Origin: Candidatus Poriferihabitaceae bacterium
Lineage (GTDB): Bacteria > Pseudomonadota > Gammaproteobacteria > Arenicellales > Poriferihabitantaceae
Length of the DNA: 64,000 nucleotides
Direction: 5' to 3'
Assembly (NCBI GenBank): GCA_965214055.1
Contig: OZ243931.1
Coordinates: 1,583,380 to 1,647,379, forward strand
Both the position numbers and the translations under genes were made by a program. Each line of letters starts with the position of its first letter. Position 1 is the stretch's first letter. Below, piece after piece: positions 27,457-36,689 of this stretch. Under the pieces are notes generated by a model that saw only the letters and a list, made by a program, of their open reading frames with translations, had not been told where the DNA came from and ran no database searches.

Positions 27457-28995
27457 CTAGATGTTGGAATCGGCAAATGAATGCTTGCGTTGTTCCATGT
27501 ATGCAAGCAGGGCTTCGTCAATGGCGGGGTCCAGCGCCGGGGGGACATATTCCCGGAGCATTTTTTTCCAGAGCGTGTTGGCCCGGGAAATGGCATCCTG
27601 GGACCCTTCCAGCTCCCATTGTTCAAAGCTGTTGTTATCCGCGATATTGGATCGGTAAAACGCGGTCTTGAAATTGTTCTGGGTGTGGCCACAGCCGAGA
27701 AAGTGGGCCCCGGGCCCGACTTCCCGGATGGCACTCAGTGCCTGCCCGTTTTCAGTCAGGTCGGTCCCTTCGGCGAAGACCGCCATCATGCCCAGCTGGT
27801 CGGCATCCATCACCAGTTTTTCGTAGCCCGAAGCCAGCCCCCCTTCCAGCCAACCGGCTGCGTGAAGAACAAAATTCACCCCTGCGGTCATCGTGGGCTG
27901 AATGGTATTGGCGCTTTCGTAGGCCGCCTGGGCGTCCGGAATCTTTGAGGCACACAGTGCGCCGCCACTTCGGAACGGCACCCCCAGTCGACGGGCCAGC
28001 GCCGCACAGCCGTTCAGCACCAGGGCGGGTTCCGGGGTGCCGAAGGTGGGGGCCCCGGACTGCATGGAAATGGAGCTGGAAAAGGTGCCGAAAACCACCG
28101 GAGAACCGGGCCGTACAAGTTGGGTGAAGGCCATGCCCGCCATGGCTTCGGCAAGTATTTGTGCCATGGTCCCGGCCACGGTCACCGGGGACATCGCTCC
28201 GGCCAGTATGAAAGGGGAGATGATGCTGGCCTGGTTGTTTCGGGCATAGACTTCCGACGCTCCCAGCATGGTTTCGTCGAAGGTCATGGGTGAGTTCGCA
28301 TTGATCAGGTTAATGACCACCGTGTGACTGTCCACGAATTCGCTGCCAAACAGGATCTTGCACATATTGACGGTGTCTTCGGCCCGTTCCGGCTGGGTCA
28401 CTGAACCCATGAACGGCTTGTCGCTGAATTTCATATGGCTGTACACCATATCGAAGTGCCGCTTGTTTACCGGAAGATCCGTGGGTTCGCAGACGGTACC
28501 GCCGGAATGGTGCAGGGAGGGCAGCATGTAAGTCAATTTCACGAGATTCCTGAAATCCTCGATCATGGCATAACGCCGGCCCTTGTCCAGGTCACGAATG
28601 AATGGCGGACCATAAACCGGTGCAAAGACGGTGTGCCTGCCCCCGATTTTTACGTTTCGATGGGGGTTTCTGGCGTGTTGCTCAAAGACTGCCGGGGCGG
28701 AATCCTGGATAATTTTCCGGCACATGCCTTCGGGGAAGCGAACCCGTTCCCCATCGATATCTGCCCCGGCTTCCCTGAAGAGCCTGAGGGCGGGTTCATA
28801 CCGGAAATCAATGCCGATCTCCTTTAGGATGGTCTCGGCATTGCTCTCGATCAGCGATAGCCCTTCTTCGCTGAGTAAAACGTATTCAGGGATTTTTCGC
28901 GTAATATAGGGGCGGATCGTCGGGACCGCCCTGCTTTCGGTTTGCTGTCGTCCTCGACGGCCGCCTCGTTTTCGTCCTCTTGCTCTGTCTGTCAT
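27457..28995 (-). CDS. MttB-superfamily (trimethylamine methyltransferase family) protein, non-pyrrolysine type; likely quaternary amine:corrinoid methyltransferase
   Basis: 512 aa and uninterrupted, with no in-frame TAG. ...LLSEEGLSLIESNAETILKEIGIDF...FREAGADIDGERVRF...RNVKIGG..TVFAPVYGPPF...NANSPMTFDE...ILAGAMSPVT is the family pattern. The N-terminus is Arg-rich (MTDRARGRKRGGRRGRQQ). Confidence 0.9.
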   Translation of the reverse strand: MTDRARGRKRGGRRGRQQTESRAVPTIRPYITRKIPEYVLLSEEGLSLIESNAETILKEIGIDFRYEPALRLFREAGADIDGERVRFPEGMCRKIIQDSAPAVFEQHARNPHRNVKIGGRHTVFAPVYGPPFIRDLDKGRRYAMIEDFRNLVKLTYMLPSLHHSGGTVCEPTDLPVNKRHFDMVYSHMKFSDKPFMGSVTQPERAEDTVNMCKILFGSEFVDSHTVVINLINANSPMTFDETMLGASEVYARNNQASIISPFILAGAMSPVTVAGTMAQILAEAMAGMAFTQLVRPGSPVVFGTFSSSISMQSGAPTFGTPEPALVLNGCAALARRLGVPFRSGGALCASKIPDAQAAYESANTIQPTMTAGVNFVLHAAGWLEGGLASGYEKLVMDADQLGMMAVFAEGTDLTENGQALSAIREVGPGAHFLGCGHTQNNFKTAFYRSNIADNNSFEQWELEGSQDAISRANTLWKKMLREYVPPALDPAIDEALLAYMEQRKHSFADSNI

Positions 28996-29398
28996 GGGTT
29001 GTAGTCATTCAATGTGCCTGCCTCCTGGAAATGGCGAGGTCTATTTGTTGTGGGTGGTTGTGATGCAATCCGGGGGTCACCGAGTGCGCCATATCTGTGG
29101 GATGCATATCCTGTATGGGAGTATACCAGCCAAGGCAGGGTGGAGTGGAAAAACTCACCATGGGGATTTCAGGGAAACACAACCCGGGACAGTCGTGTAA
29201 TCGAACCGTCCGGGCAAAAAGGGATCACCCCCCCGGCGGACGATCCGTTCGGACAATTCATCTTCCATCCGCTAACAGAATCCATGGATTTGTGCTATAA
29301 AACCGACAGTCCGATTGGCTTGTGGTGCCCCGGTTGCTGCCTGCAGGCCCCGGAAACCCAGAATCAGTGAGGCGACCACCATTGTCCGACAAAAGATC

Positions 29399-30493
29399 AT
29401 GGCCAAAGATATCTATGCGGTAAACGGAATTTCCATCACCAAAATTTATGGGGCAGGTGCTTCGGGTGTGACCGCACTGAATGACGTATCCGTCTCCATC
29501 AAGGACAACGAATTCTTTACATTACTGGGCCCATCGGGGTGTGGAAAAACCACGTTGCTGCGTTGTATCGCCGGTTTTGAGCAGTTGTCTTCCGGTCGAA
29601 TCCTGTTGTTTGGCGAAGAAATTGACCACTTGCCGCCGAATCAGCGGCCGGTCAATACCGTTTTCCAGCACTATGCTTTATTCCCGCATATGACCGTCGC
29701 CGAAAATATCGGCTTCAGTCTGCGGATGCTGAAGCAGGGAGATGCCAAAATCAGGGCGACGGTGGAACGAATGCTTGATCTGGTACACATGACCGCGTTT
29801 GCCAGCCGTCATCCGGCGCAATTGTCCGGAGGTCAACAGCAGCGGGTTGCCCTGGCACGGGCATTGGCGAGTCACCCGAAAGTTTTGCTCCTGGATGAAC
29901 CGCTGTCCGCGCTGGACCTGAAATTGCGACAGGAAATGCGGGTGGAATTGAAACAGGTACAGGAAGAAACCGGGATCACGTTCATCTTTGTTACCCATGA
30001 CCAGGAGGAGGCCCTGACCATGAGTGACCGGATTGCGGTCATGTCCGATGGAAAAATCCAGCAGACCGGCAAGCCCACCGAGATCTATGAAAACCCGATC
30101 AATCACTTTGTTGCGGATTTCATCGGTGAAACCAATTTTCTTGCCGCCACGGTGCAATCCGTCGACGCTGACCACGCCCGGTGCGTACTCGCCAATGGGG
30201 CGCAACTGTCCGCAAACCTGGCGGTCCCCAGGGAACGGGGCAGCAAGGTAACGATTTGTATCCGTCCCGAGAAAATTTCTCTGGACAGCCCCGGTACAGC
30301 GGCCGGCGGGATCGACGGAACCGTAGACCGGTTGATCTATTTGGGGACCGATACGCATTATCTTGTACAACTCGGCAACCAGACCTCTGTGCTGGCAAGA
30401 ATACAGAACAGTCACCAATCCCCCCGGTTCAGGCCTGGAGACCCGGCAAGGGTGGTGCTGGATGAATCCGCATGCCGGGTATTGGCGGATTGA
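29399..30493 (+). CDS. ABC transporter ATP-binding protein, PotA/spermidine-putrescine type
   Basis: From ATG 29399: LLGPSGCGKTTLL (Walker A), LSGGQQQRVALARAL (signature), LLLDEPLSALD (Walker B), and a C-terminal TOBE-like domain. Confidence 0.9.
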   Translation: MAKDIYAVNGISITKIYGAGASGVTALNDVSVSIKDNEFFTLLGPSGCGKTTLLRCIAGFEQLSSGRILLFGEEIDHLPPNQRPVNTVFQHYALFPHMTVAENIGFSLRMLKQGDAKIRATVERMLDLVHMTAFASRHPAQLSGGQQQRVALARALASHPKVLLLDEPLSALDLKLRQEMRVELKQVQEETGITFIFVTHDQEEALTMSDRIAVMSDGKIQQTGKPTEIYENPINHFVADFIGETNFLAATVQSVDADHARCVLANGAQLSANLAVPRERGSKVTICIRPEKISLDSPGTAAGGIDGTVDRLIYLGTDTHYLVQLGNQTSVLARIQNSHQSPRFRPGDPARVVLDESACRVLAD

Positions 30494-30494
30494 C

Positions 30495-31433
30495 ATGAAT
30501 GTAACGGAAACGACACCCCGGCGAACCCGGCCTGGAAGGAGTCGTGCAAGACAGATTTCAATAGCCCGGGCCTGGTTGCTTTTCCCCGCGTTGCTGCTTG
30601 TTTTTTGTTTTTTGATCCTCCCGCTTTGCATTATTGTTGTCTATTCCTTTCTGACCCCTGGAACGTATGGCGGGGTGATTTGGGATTTTTCCCTTGAATC
30701 CTATATCCAGTTTTTGTTTGAACGGGACTTCCTGGATGACACCCTGGCGTTTTCTCCCGCCTATCTGCAAATTTATTTCCGTTCTTTTGTTCAGGCGCTG
30801 GTCACCACCATCGTTTGTTTCCTGATTGGGTTTCCCACCGCCTATTACATCGCGACCCTGCCCGAACGCAAAAAGTACATGTGGGTGTTGTTGATTACGG
30901 TTCCGTACTGGATCAATTTGCTGATCAGGACCATTGCGATGCTGTTCCTGATTCGCAATGAAGGACCGCTGAATTATGCGTTGATATCCATCGGGGCAAT
31001 CGATGATCCAATCAAGATTGCCTATACCAATTTCGGTGTGGGGCTCGGCCTGGTCTACACCTATCTGCCGTTTATGGTCCTGCCGCTTTATGCGGCCATT
31101 GAACGATTTGATTTTCGCCTGGTGGAAGCCTCCTATGATCTGTATGCGAATCGATGGACGATTCTGCGGAAAATAATCTTGCCGTTGGTGGTGCCCGGCA
31201 TTGTTGCAGGCTGCCTGTTGGTGTTTATTCCAAGCCTGGGTTCATTTATTGCCCCGGATTTGCTGGGAGGGGGTAAAAAGCTGATGATCGGAAATTTGAT
31301 CGCTTTACAGTTTCAGGGGTCCCGGAACTGGCCCTTTGGTTCGGCTGCGGCGGTGATACTGATGACCATGGTTCTGTGTGCATTGATGGTCTATATCCGC
31401 CAGCAGAGCAAGTCCCGGATTGCGTTGCACTGA
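30495..31433 (+). CDS. ABC transporter permease (PotB-like)
   Basis: From ATG 30495, one nt after the potA-like stop. Six-TM pattern with the EAA loop (AIERFDFRLVEASYDLYANRW). Confidence 0.85.
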   Translation: MNVTETTPRRTRPGRSRARQISIARAWLLFPALLLVFCFLILPLCIIVVYSFLTPGTYGGVIWDFSLESYIQFLFERDFLDDTLAFSPAYLQIYFRSFVQALVTTIVCFLIGFPTAYYIATLPERKKYMWVLLITVPYWINLLIRTIAMLFLIRNEGPLNYALISIGAIDDPIKIAYTNFGVGLGLVYTYLPFMVLPLYAAIERFDFRLVEASYDLYANRWTILRKIILPLVVPGIVAGCLLVFIPSLGSFIAPDLLGGGKKLMIGNLIALQFQGSRNWPFGSAAAVILMTMVLCALMVYIRQQSKSRIALH

Positions 31434-31441
31434 TTGGACCC

Positions 31442-32242
31442 ATGGGTAAAACACACGATCTGAAACGTTATCCCGGTTTTGCGGGAATGACCTGGGCCTG
31501 CCTTGTTTTTTTATATGGCCCGCTCATTGTCATTGCGCTGTATTCGTTCAATGAAATCCGGTCGATCACCGTGTGGGGAGGATTCAGTTTTTCCTGGTAC
31601 GCGAAAGCCTTTAACAACGACCTCATTCAACGGGCCACCTACAATTCCCTGATTATCGCAGTATCCGCCGCCACGGCGTCCACCATCTTTGCCACCGCTG
31701 CCGCACTGGCCATCATACGAAACCGGGCTTTTCGCGGCAGGGAGGCCAGCATCGGGATTATCAGCTTGCCACTGATGGTGCCTGAAATCGTGACCGCCAT
31801 TGCATCGCTGGTATTCTTCGTGCTGGTCGGGATTCCGTTGGGAATCGGCAGTATCTTGCTGGCCCATACCGTATTTTGTATTCCGTTTGCCTATTTGCCC
31901 ATTACCGCCCGGCTGGAAGGCATAGAAAGTCACTACGAGGAAGCTGCCAAAGACCTGTACGCCGACAGCTGGCAAACCTTTCGGTATGTCATGTTGCCCA
32001 TGATGTTTCCGGGTATCGTGGCCGGATTTATTCTGGCATTTATCATTTCCCTGGACGATTTTATTATTACCAATTTCGTCGCCGGACCCGGGGCTACGAC
32101 CCTGCCCCTGGCAATCTATGGACTGGTTCGAACCGGGCTGACACCGGAAATCAACGCGGTATCCACGTTGCTTTTACTGGTGTCCATATTTTTTGTGACG
32201 CTTTCTTACCTGCTGGGGAAAAAGCCCGGTTCCAGTGTATAA
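31442..32242 (+). CDS. ABC transporter permease (PotC-like)
   Basis: From ATG 31442: MGKTHDLKRYPGFA.... EAA loop LEGIESHYEEAAKDLYADSW. Confidence 0.85.
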   Translation: MGKTHDLKRYPGFAGMTWACLVFLYGPLIVIALYSFNEIRSITVWGGFSFSWYAKAFNNDLIQRATYNSLIIAVSAATASTIFATAAALAIIRNRAFRGREASIGIISLPLMVPEIVTAIASLVFFVLVGIPLGIGSILLAHTVFCIPFAYLPITARLEGIESHYEEAAKDLYADSWQTFRYVMLPMMFPGIVAGFILAFIISLDDFIITNFVAGPGATTLPLAIYGLVRTGLTPEINAVSTLLLLVSIFFVTLSYLLGKKPGSSV

Positions 32243-32302
32243 TCGCCCGTTGTGAACCCGCTGGCGGTTATCAATTTTCAATACATCCTATAGGAGAAGA
32301 AC

Positions 32303-33337
32303 ATGAAAAAGATTTCCATTGTTTTTGTATCTTTCTTGAGCCTGGTTTTTCTATCCGGTCCCGTACTGGCCGAGGGGAAGCTGAATATTTATAACTGGTT
32401 CGATTACCTTCCCCAGGAATTGATCGACAAATTTTCCGCAGAGTATGATGTCGAAGTCACGATGGACACCTATGATTCCAATGAATCGCTGCTGGCCAAG
32501 TTGAAATCCGGCGTCACCGGTTACGATGTAGCCGTCCCCGGGGATTACATGGTGCAGATATTGATTGAAGAAGGCATGCTGGAACAGGTCAACGCTTCCG
32601 AATTTGAAAACTTCGGGAACATGGACCCGGACTGGGTGGACGTGTATTTCGACCCGGGCAGACAGTATTCGGTGCCCTATCAGTGGGGAACCACCGGTTT
32701 TATGGTGGATACCGAAGTCTATGACGGGGATATTGATACCCTGGAGATCATTTTCAACCCACCGGCAGAACTGCAGGGCAAGATCAACATGCTTAAAGAT
32801 GTCAATGACGTTCTGAACGCCGGATTGCGTTATCTTGGACTGGACCGTTGCAATGAGAACCCGGAAGACCTGAAAAAACTGAACGATTTGCTGACCAATG
32901 CCAAACAACACTGGTTGAGTTTCAATTCGGATGGCGCCAAGGAAGTCCTGGTTTCCGGGGATGCCGCGGCAGGGCAAATCTGGAATGGATTCGGCATGCG
33001 GGCACGGGCTGAAAAAGCGAGCCTGAAATATGCGTACCCGAAAGAAGGATTTACCGGTTGGATGGACAATATTGTCGCACTCAAGGGGGGCCCCAATCTG
33101 GAGAATGCAAAGAAATTCATGAATTTCATGCTTGTGCCTGAAAACGCGGCCACACTCACCAATTTCGCACGCTACACGGCAGGGGTTTCCGGCACCGAGC
33201 CGTTCCTGGATGATGACCTGAAGACTGCACACGAAACCAATCTGCCGGCATCCGCGCCGACCCCTGATTTTGTACCTCCTTGCAGTCCCGAGGTGGTCAA
33301 GCTGTACGACCGGATCTGGACGAATTTGCTGAAGTAA
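32303..33337 (+). CDS. periplasmic substrate-binding protein, PotD/PotF family
   Basis: Signal peptide MKKISIVFVSFLSLVFLSGPVLA, then KLNIYNWFDYLPQELIDKF...YDVAVPGDYMV...VPYQWGTTGF, typical of polyamine-type SBPs. Confidence 0.85.
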   Translation: MKKISIVFVSFLSLVFLSGPVLAEGKLNIYNWFDYLPQELIDKFSAEYDVEVTMDTYDSNESLLAKLKSGVTGYDVAVPGDYMVQILIEEGMLEQVNASEFENFGNMDPDWVDVYFDPGRQYSVPYQWGTTGFMVDTEVYDGDIDTLEIIFNPPAELQGKINMLKDVNDVLNAGLRYLGLDRCNENPEDLKKLNDLLTNAKQHWLSFNSDGAKEVLVSGDAAAGQIWNGFGMRARAEKASLKYAYPKEGFTGWMDNIVALKGGPNLENAKKFMNFMLVPENAATLTNFARYTAGVSGTEPFLDDDLKTAHETNLPASAPTPDFVPPCSPEVVKLYDRIWTNLLK

Positions 33338-33937
33338 CCGGCCCTGAAATCAACTCCCCGGTGACTTTTCTGCGTTGGTGGATGGTCACCGGTAAGGGGG
33401 ATCCCCTGAATCGGCAGGAGAGCGGTCAGGATGCGGGATGCCAGCGGGTCTTCAGGGCGGCCGGTACCCGAATTCCACGCCTCGACCATCCGTTGCTGTC
33501 CCCATTGATGCGGCATCGGCAGGTCGTCTTTGCCGACAGCCTGTTGGGAAAAACGATCCGGAGCACTCCTGAATTTCCCGTATTCACCGAGTCAGACATC
33601 CGGGACCACAAAATATACGGCAGGAATGGCCCGGGTACCGGCATCCCCACCGTGACCGGCCCGGTCCAGCAACCCTTGGGAAAAGATGACCCATGCCGTG
33701 CCGTTATCGGGTTGTTTGATTTCTGCGGCCTTTCGGGAGCTCGCTCATCTCCCCGGGTGGCCCCCGATGACGGGTTTTTCCGGATTTTGGAAGGCGGCGG
33801 AGTCCAGTGGAAGGCATTGAATCCCGCGAAAACAGACTCCTGGACAGTGCCTGCGGGGGGTCATCGGACTCATGATATGCTTTGCAGTGTGTAGTCCGGG
33901 TTAAAATAACGACATCCATGATCCCTGTTTCAAGCCT

Positions 33938-35701
33938 GTGAACCAGTCCACCAGATCCGCCGATACGGTTAATTTGTATCTCCGGTTGCTTCACCATGTA
34001 TTGCCGTATAAATGGGTATTTTTTGCCGGAGTGGGAGGCATGCTGATTGTCGCTGCCGGGGATACCGGAGCGGCCTGGATCCTGCAGCCGCTCATGGACA
34101 AGGGATTTGTTGAGCGCGATGCCGATTACATCACCTGGATACCGATTGTCCTGATATTGATTACCCTGGGCCGGGCCATCGGTGCCTTTGTCGATGGGTA
34201 CTGCATTAACTGGGTTTCGCGGAAGGTGGTCCAGGATTTGCGTCAGAAAATGTTTGAACGGCTGTTGTATGCCCCGGCCGCCTACTACGATGTCTATTCC
34301 ATTGGGGGGCTGGTCTCCCGTCTGACCTATGACGTGGAACAGGTGGCGCGTGCAAGCAGCGGGGCGTTCAGAACCCTGTTCCGGGACCTGTTGAAAGTGA
34401 TCTTCCTGCTTTCCCTGATGTTTTACCTGAGCTGGAAACTGTCCGTTATATTTATTCTGATCTTTCCCCTGGCGTATGTGATTTTCAAGTTTTCAAGCAA
34501 GCGTTTTCGAAGTATCAGTTCAAGAATCCAGGAAAGCGTGGGGGACATCACCCACATTGCCAAGCAGACATTCCAGTGTCATCAGCTGGTGAAAATATTT
34601 GGTGCCTATGAACTCGAGAAATCGGCCTTCTTTTCGGCAAACAATTCAAATCGGCAGCAATCCATGAAGAAGGTGGCAATTCTGTGTGCAAGCGTGCCTC
34701 TGCTGGTATTTGTGCTGGGGACCGGGGTGGCTGTCGTCATCTGGCTTGCACTGATTCTGGAAATCAAACCAGGAGTTTTTACCTCCTACCTGGTGTCCAT
34801 GACCATGGTGGTGCGGCCGGTGAAAAACCTTTCCAAGATCAATGAGGTGATACAGACGGGGATGGCCGGAGCCGAGTCCGTGTTTCGAACCATGGATTTG
34901 CCCACAGAGAGAGACGAAGGCACCCACCAGCTGGGCCCTGTTACCGGAAATGTTTCGTTCGAAAATGTTTCATTCTATTATACGGATGCCGGTAACCCGG
35001 TTCTGAAGGAGATCAGCTTCGAGATTCCTGCCGGAAAAACGGTGGCTCTGGTGGGTCATTCAGGCAGTGGAAAGAGCACCATTGCATCCATTTTGATGCG
35101 TTTCTACATTCCCGTTTCCGGTCAGGTCTGCATTGACCGGATTCCCATTGAACAAACCACGCTGGAGTCGTTCCGGGACAACACGGCCATTGTCAGCCAG
35201 GAAGTGATGCTGTTTGATGACAGTATCCGGAACAATATCGCCTATGGCCGAAAAGGCGTGATCGACGAGGCCCGGTTGATGGAGGCCGTGGAAGCCGCGT
35301 ATTGCGCCGAGTTCCTGGAGATATTCCCCAAGGGTCTGGATACCGGTGTGGGAGAGTCCGGCATCCGGTTGTCCGGGGGCCAGCGCCAGAGAATCGCCAT
35401 TGCCCGGGCCCTGTACAAGGATGCGCCGGTCCTGATCCTGGACGAAGCCACTTCATCCCTGGACTCGGGTTCGGAAAAGAAAATCCAAAAAGCCATTGAC
35501 CGGCTCATCGAAAACCGGACCACGTTGATTATTGCTCACCGCTTGAGCACCATTGAAAATGCTGATCTCATACTGGTACTGGAAAAGGGGGAAATTGTGG
35601 AACGTGGCACCCACCAGGGACTGCTTGAAAAACAGGGTGCCTACTTTCAGCTTTACAATGCGCAGCACAGTGCCACGGATTCTGGGCCCGGTACTGGATA
35701 G
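33938..35701 (+). CDS. msbA: lipid A export ABC transporter permease/ATPase
   Basis: Six-TM domain plus an NBD (GHSGSGKST, LSGGQRQRIAIARAL, ILILDEATSSLD). Conserved msbA-lpxK-kdsB order. GTG start. Confidence 0.95.
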   Translation: MNQSTRSADTVNLYLRLLHHVLPYKWVFFAGVGGMLIVAAGDTGAAWILQPLMDKGFVERDADYITWIPIVLILITLGRAIGAFVDGYCINWVSRKVVQDLRQKMFERLLYAPAAYYDVYSIGGLVSRLTYDVEQVARASSGAFRTLFRDLLKVIFLLSLMFYLSWKLSVIFILIFPLAYVIFKFSSKRFRSISSRIQESVGDITHIAKQTFQCHQLVKIFGAYELEKSAFFSANNSNRQQSMKKVAILCASVPLLVFVLGTGVAVVIWLALILEIKPGVFTSYLVSMTMVVRPVKNLSKINEVIQTGMAGAESVFRTMDLPTERDEGTHQLGPVTGNVSFENVSFYYTDAGNPVLKEISFEIPAGKTVALVGHSGSGKSTIASILMRFYIPVSGQVCIDRIPIEQTTLESFRDNTAIVSQEVMLFDDSIRNNIAYGRKGVIDEARLMEAVEAAYCAEFLEIFPKGLDTGVGESGIRLSGGQRQRIAIARALYKDAPVLILDEATSSLDSGSEKKIQKAIDRLIENRTTLIIAHRLSTIENADLILVLEKGEIVERGTHQGLLEKQGAYFQLYNAQHSATDSGPGTG

Positions 35702-36689
35702 CATTCAGCAGGGCTGGCGTGAGCCAAACCTTGCCAGTGTTCTGCTGTATCCCCTTTCGCTGCTGTACCGGCTGGGGATGGCAGTGCGGCATACCGGTTA
35801 CCGGATGGGAATATTCCGGTCATCGAAACTGGCAGTTCCGGTCATTGTCGTCGGTGGCATCAGTGTTGGGGGCAGCGGAAAAACCCCGCTGGTCATCGCC
35901 ATGGTACGGTTCCTCCAGGAACAGGGGTATTCCCCCGGGGTCCTTTCCCGGGGATACGGCGGGCAGTTGGATTTCTGGCCCAGGCAGGTGGATGAAAGTA
36001 CCACCGCTGACCTCGTCGGGGATGAACCGCAGTTGATTTTCGAGCGATGCAAAGTTCCCGTTGTCGTGGGTCCAGACCGGGTTCAAAGCGGCACCCTTCT
36101 GATGGATGCCCTTGGCTGTGATGTATTGGTCAGCGACGATGGATTCCAGCATTTCGCCCTCAGGCGGGAGACGGATGTGGTGGTGATTGATGAAGAACTC
36201 GGTACTGCCAATCACTGGTGCCTCCCTGCGGGGCCCCTGCGTGAGCCGATTTCATCCCTGGACCGGGCACATGTCGTTGTTGCCAATGGAAATCCGGACC
36301 GAACCTGTCGGCAGGGGAAGGGGGTACTGGGCATGCAGGTCCAGGTCCACGATGCCAAAAATCTGGCCACCGGATTGGTGCGCACACTCTCCACGTTTCG
36401 GGGCGAACCGGTGCATGCGGTGGCCGGGGTGGGAAACCCGCAACGGTTTTTCCGGGCATTGCAGGAATTGGGGTTGACGGTGGAGGAGCATGCGTTTCCG
36501 GATCACCATCAATACGTTCCTGAAGATTTTTGCTTTGACCCCACCGAAGAGATTCTGATGACCGAGAAAGATGCGATAAAATGCCGGGAAATGAAAACCA
36601 GGGAAAAAATGTGGACGGTTCCGGCCTATTTGCACGCCGACCCGGAGATTTTTGAAAAAGTCCGGGAGCGGCTGGCCCCCAACCAATGA
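35658..36689 (+). CDS. lpxK: tetraacyldisaccharide 4'-kinase
   Basis: From ATG 35658: ...LLYPLSLLYR...VPVIVVGGISVGGSGKTPLV (P-loop). Overlaps the msbA 3' end by 44 nt. The track start 35553 is over-extended. Confidence 0.9.
   Translation: MRSTVPRILGPVLDSIQQGWREPNLASVLLYPLSLLYRLGMAVRHTGYRMGIFRSSKLAVPVIVVGGISVGGSGKTPLVIAMVRFLQEQGYSPGVLSRGYGGQLDFWPRQVDESTTADLVGDEPQLIFERCKVPVVVGPDRVQSGTLLMDALGCDVLVSDDGFQHFALRRETDVVVIDEELGTANHWCLPAGPLREPISSLDRAHVVVANGNPDRTCRQGKGVLGMQVQVHDAKNLATGLVRTLSTFRGEPVHAVAGVGNPQRFFRALQELGLTVEEHAFPDHHQYVPEDFCFDPTEEILMTEKDAIKCREMKTREKMWTVPAYLHADPEIFEKVRERLAPNQ

Noticed and set aside
27457-28995. Possible pyrrolysine (in-frame TAG) in the MttB-family gene
   Set aside because: The 512-aa frame is continuous with no internal stop, and no pylTSBCD-like genes are in the window. 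It is therefore a non-Pyl family member.
33400-33870. In-frame TGA codons as selenocysteine sites
   Set aside because: There is no Cys/Sec-type redox motif around either TGA, no obvious SECIS-like hairpin immediately 3', and no family resemblance. Nonsense relic or non-coding is more likely.
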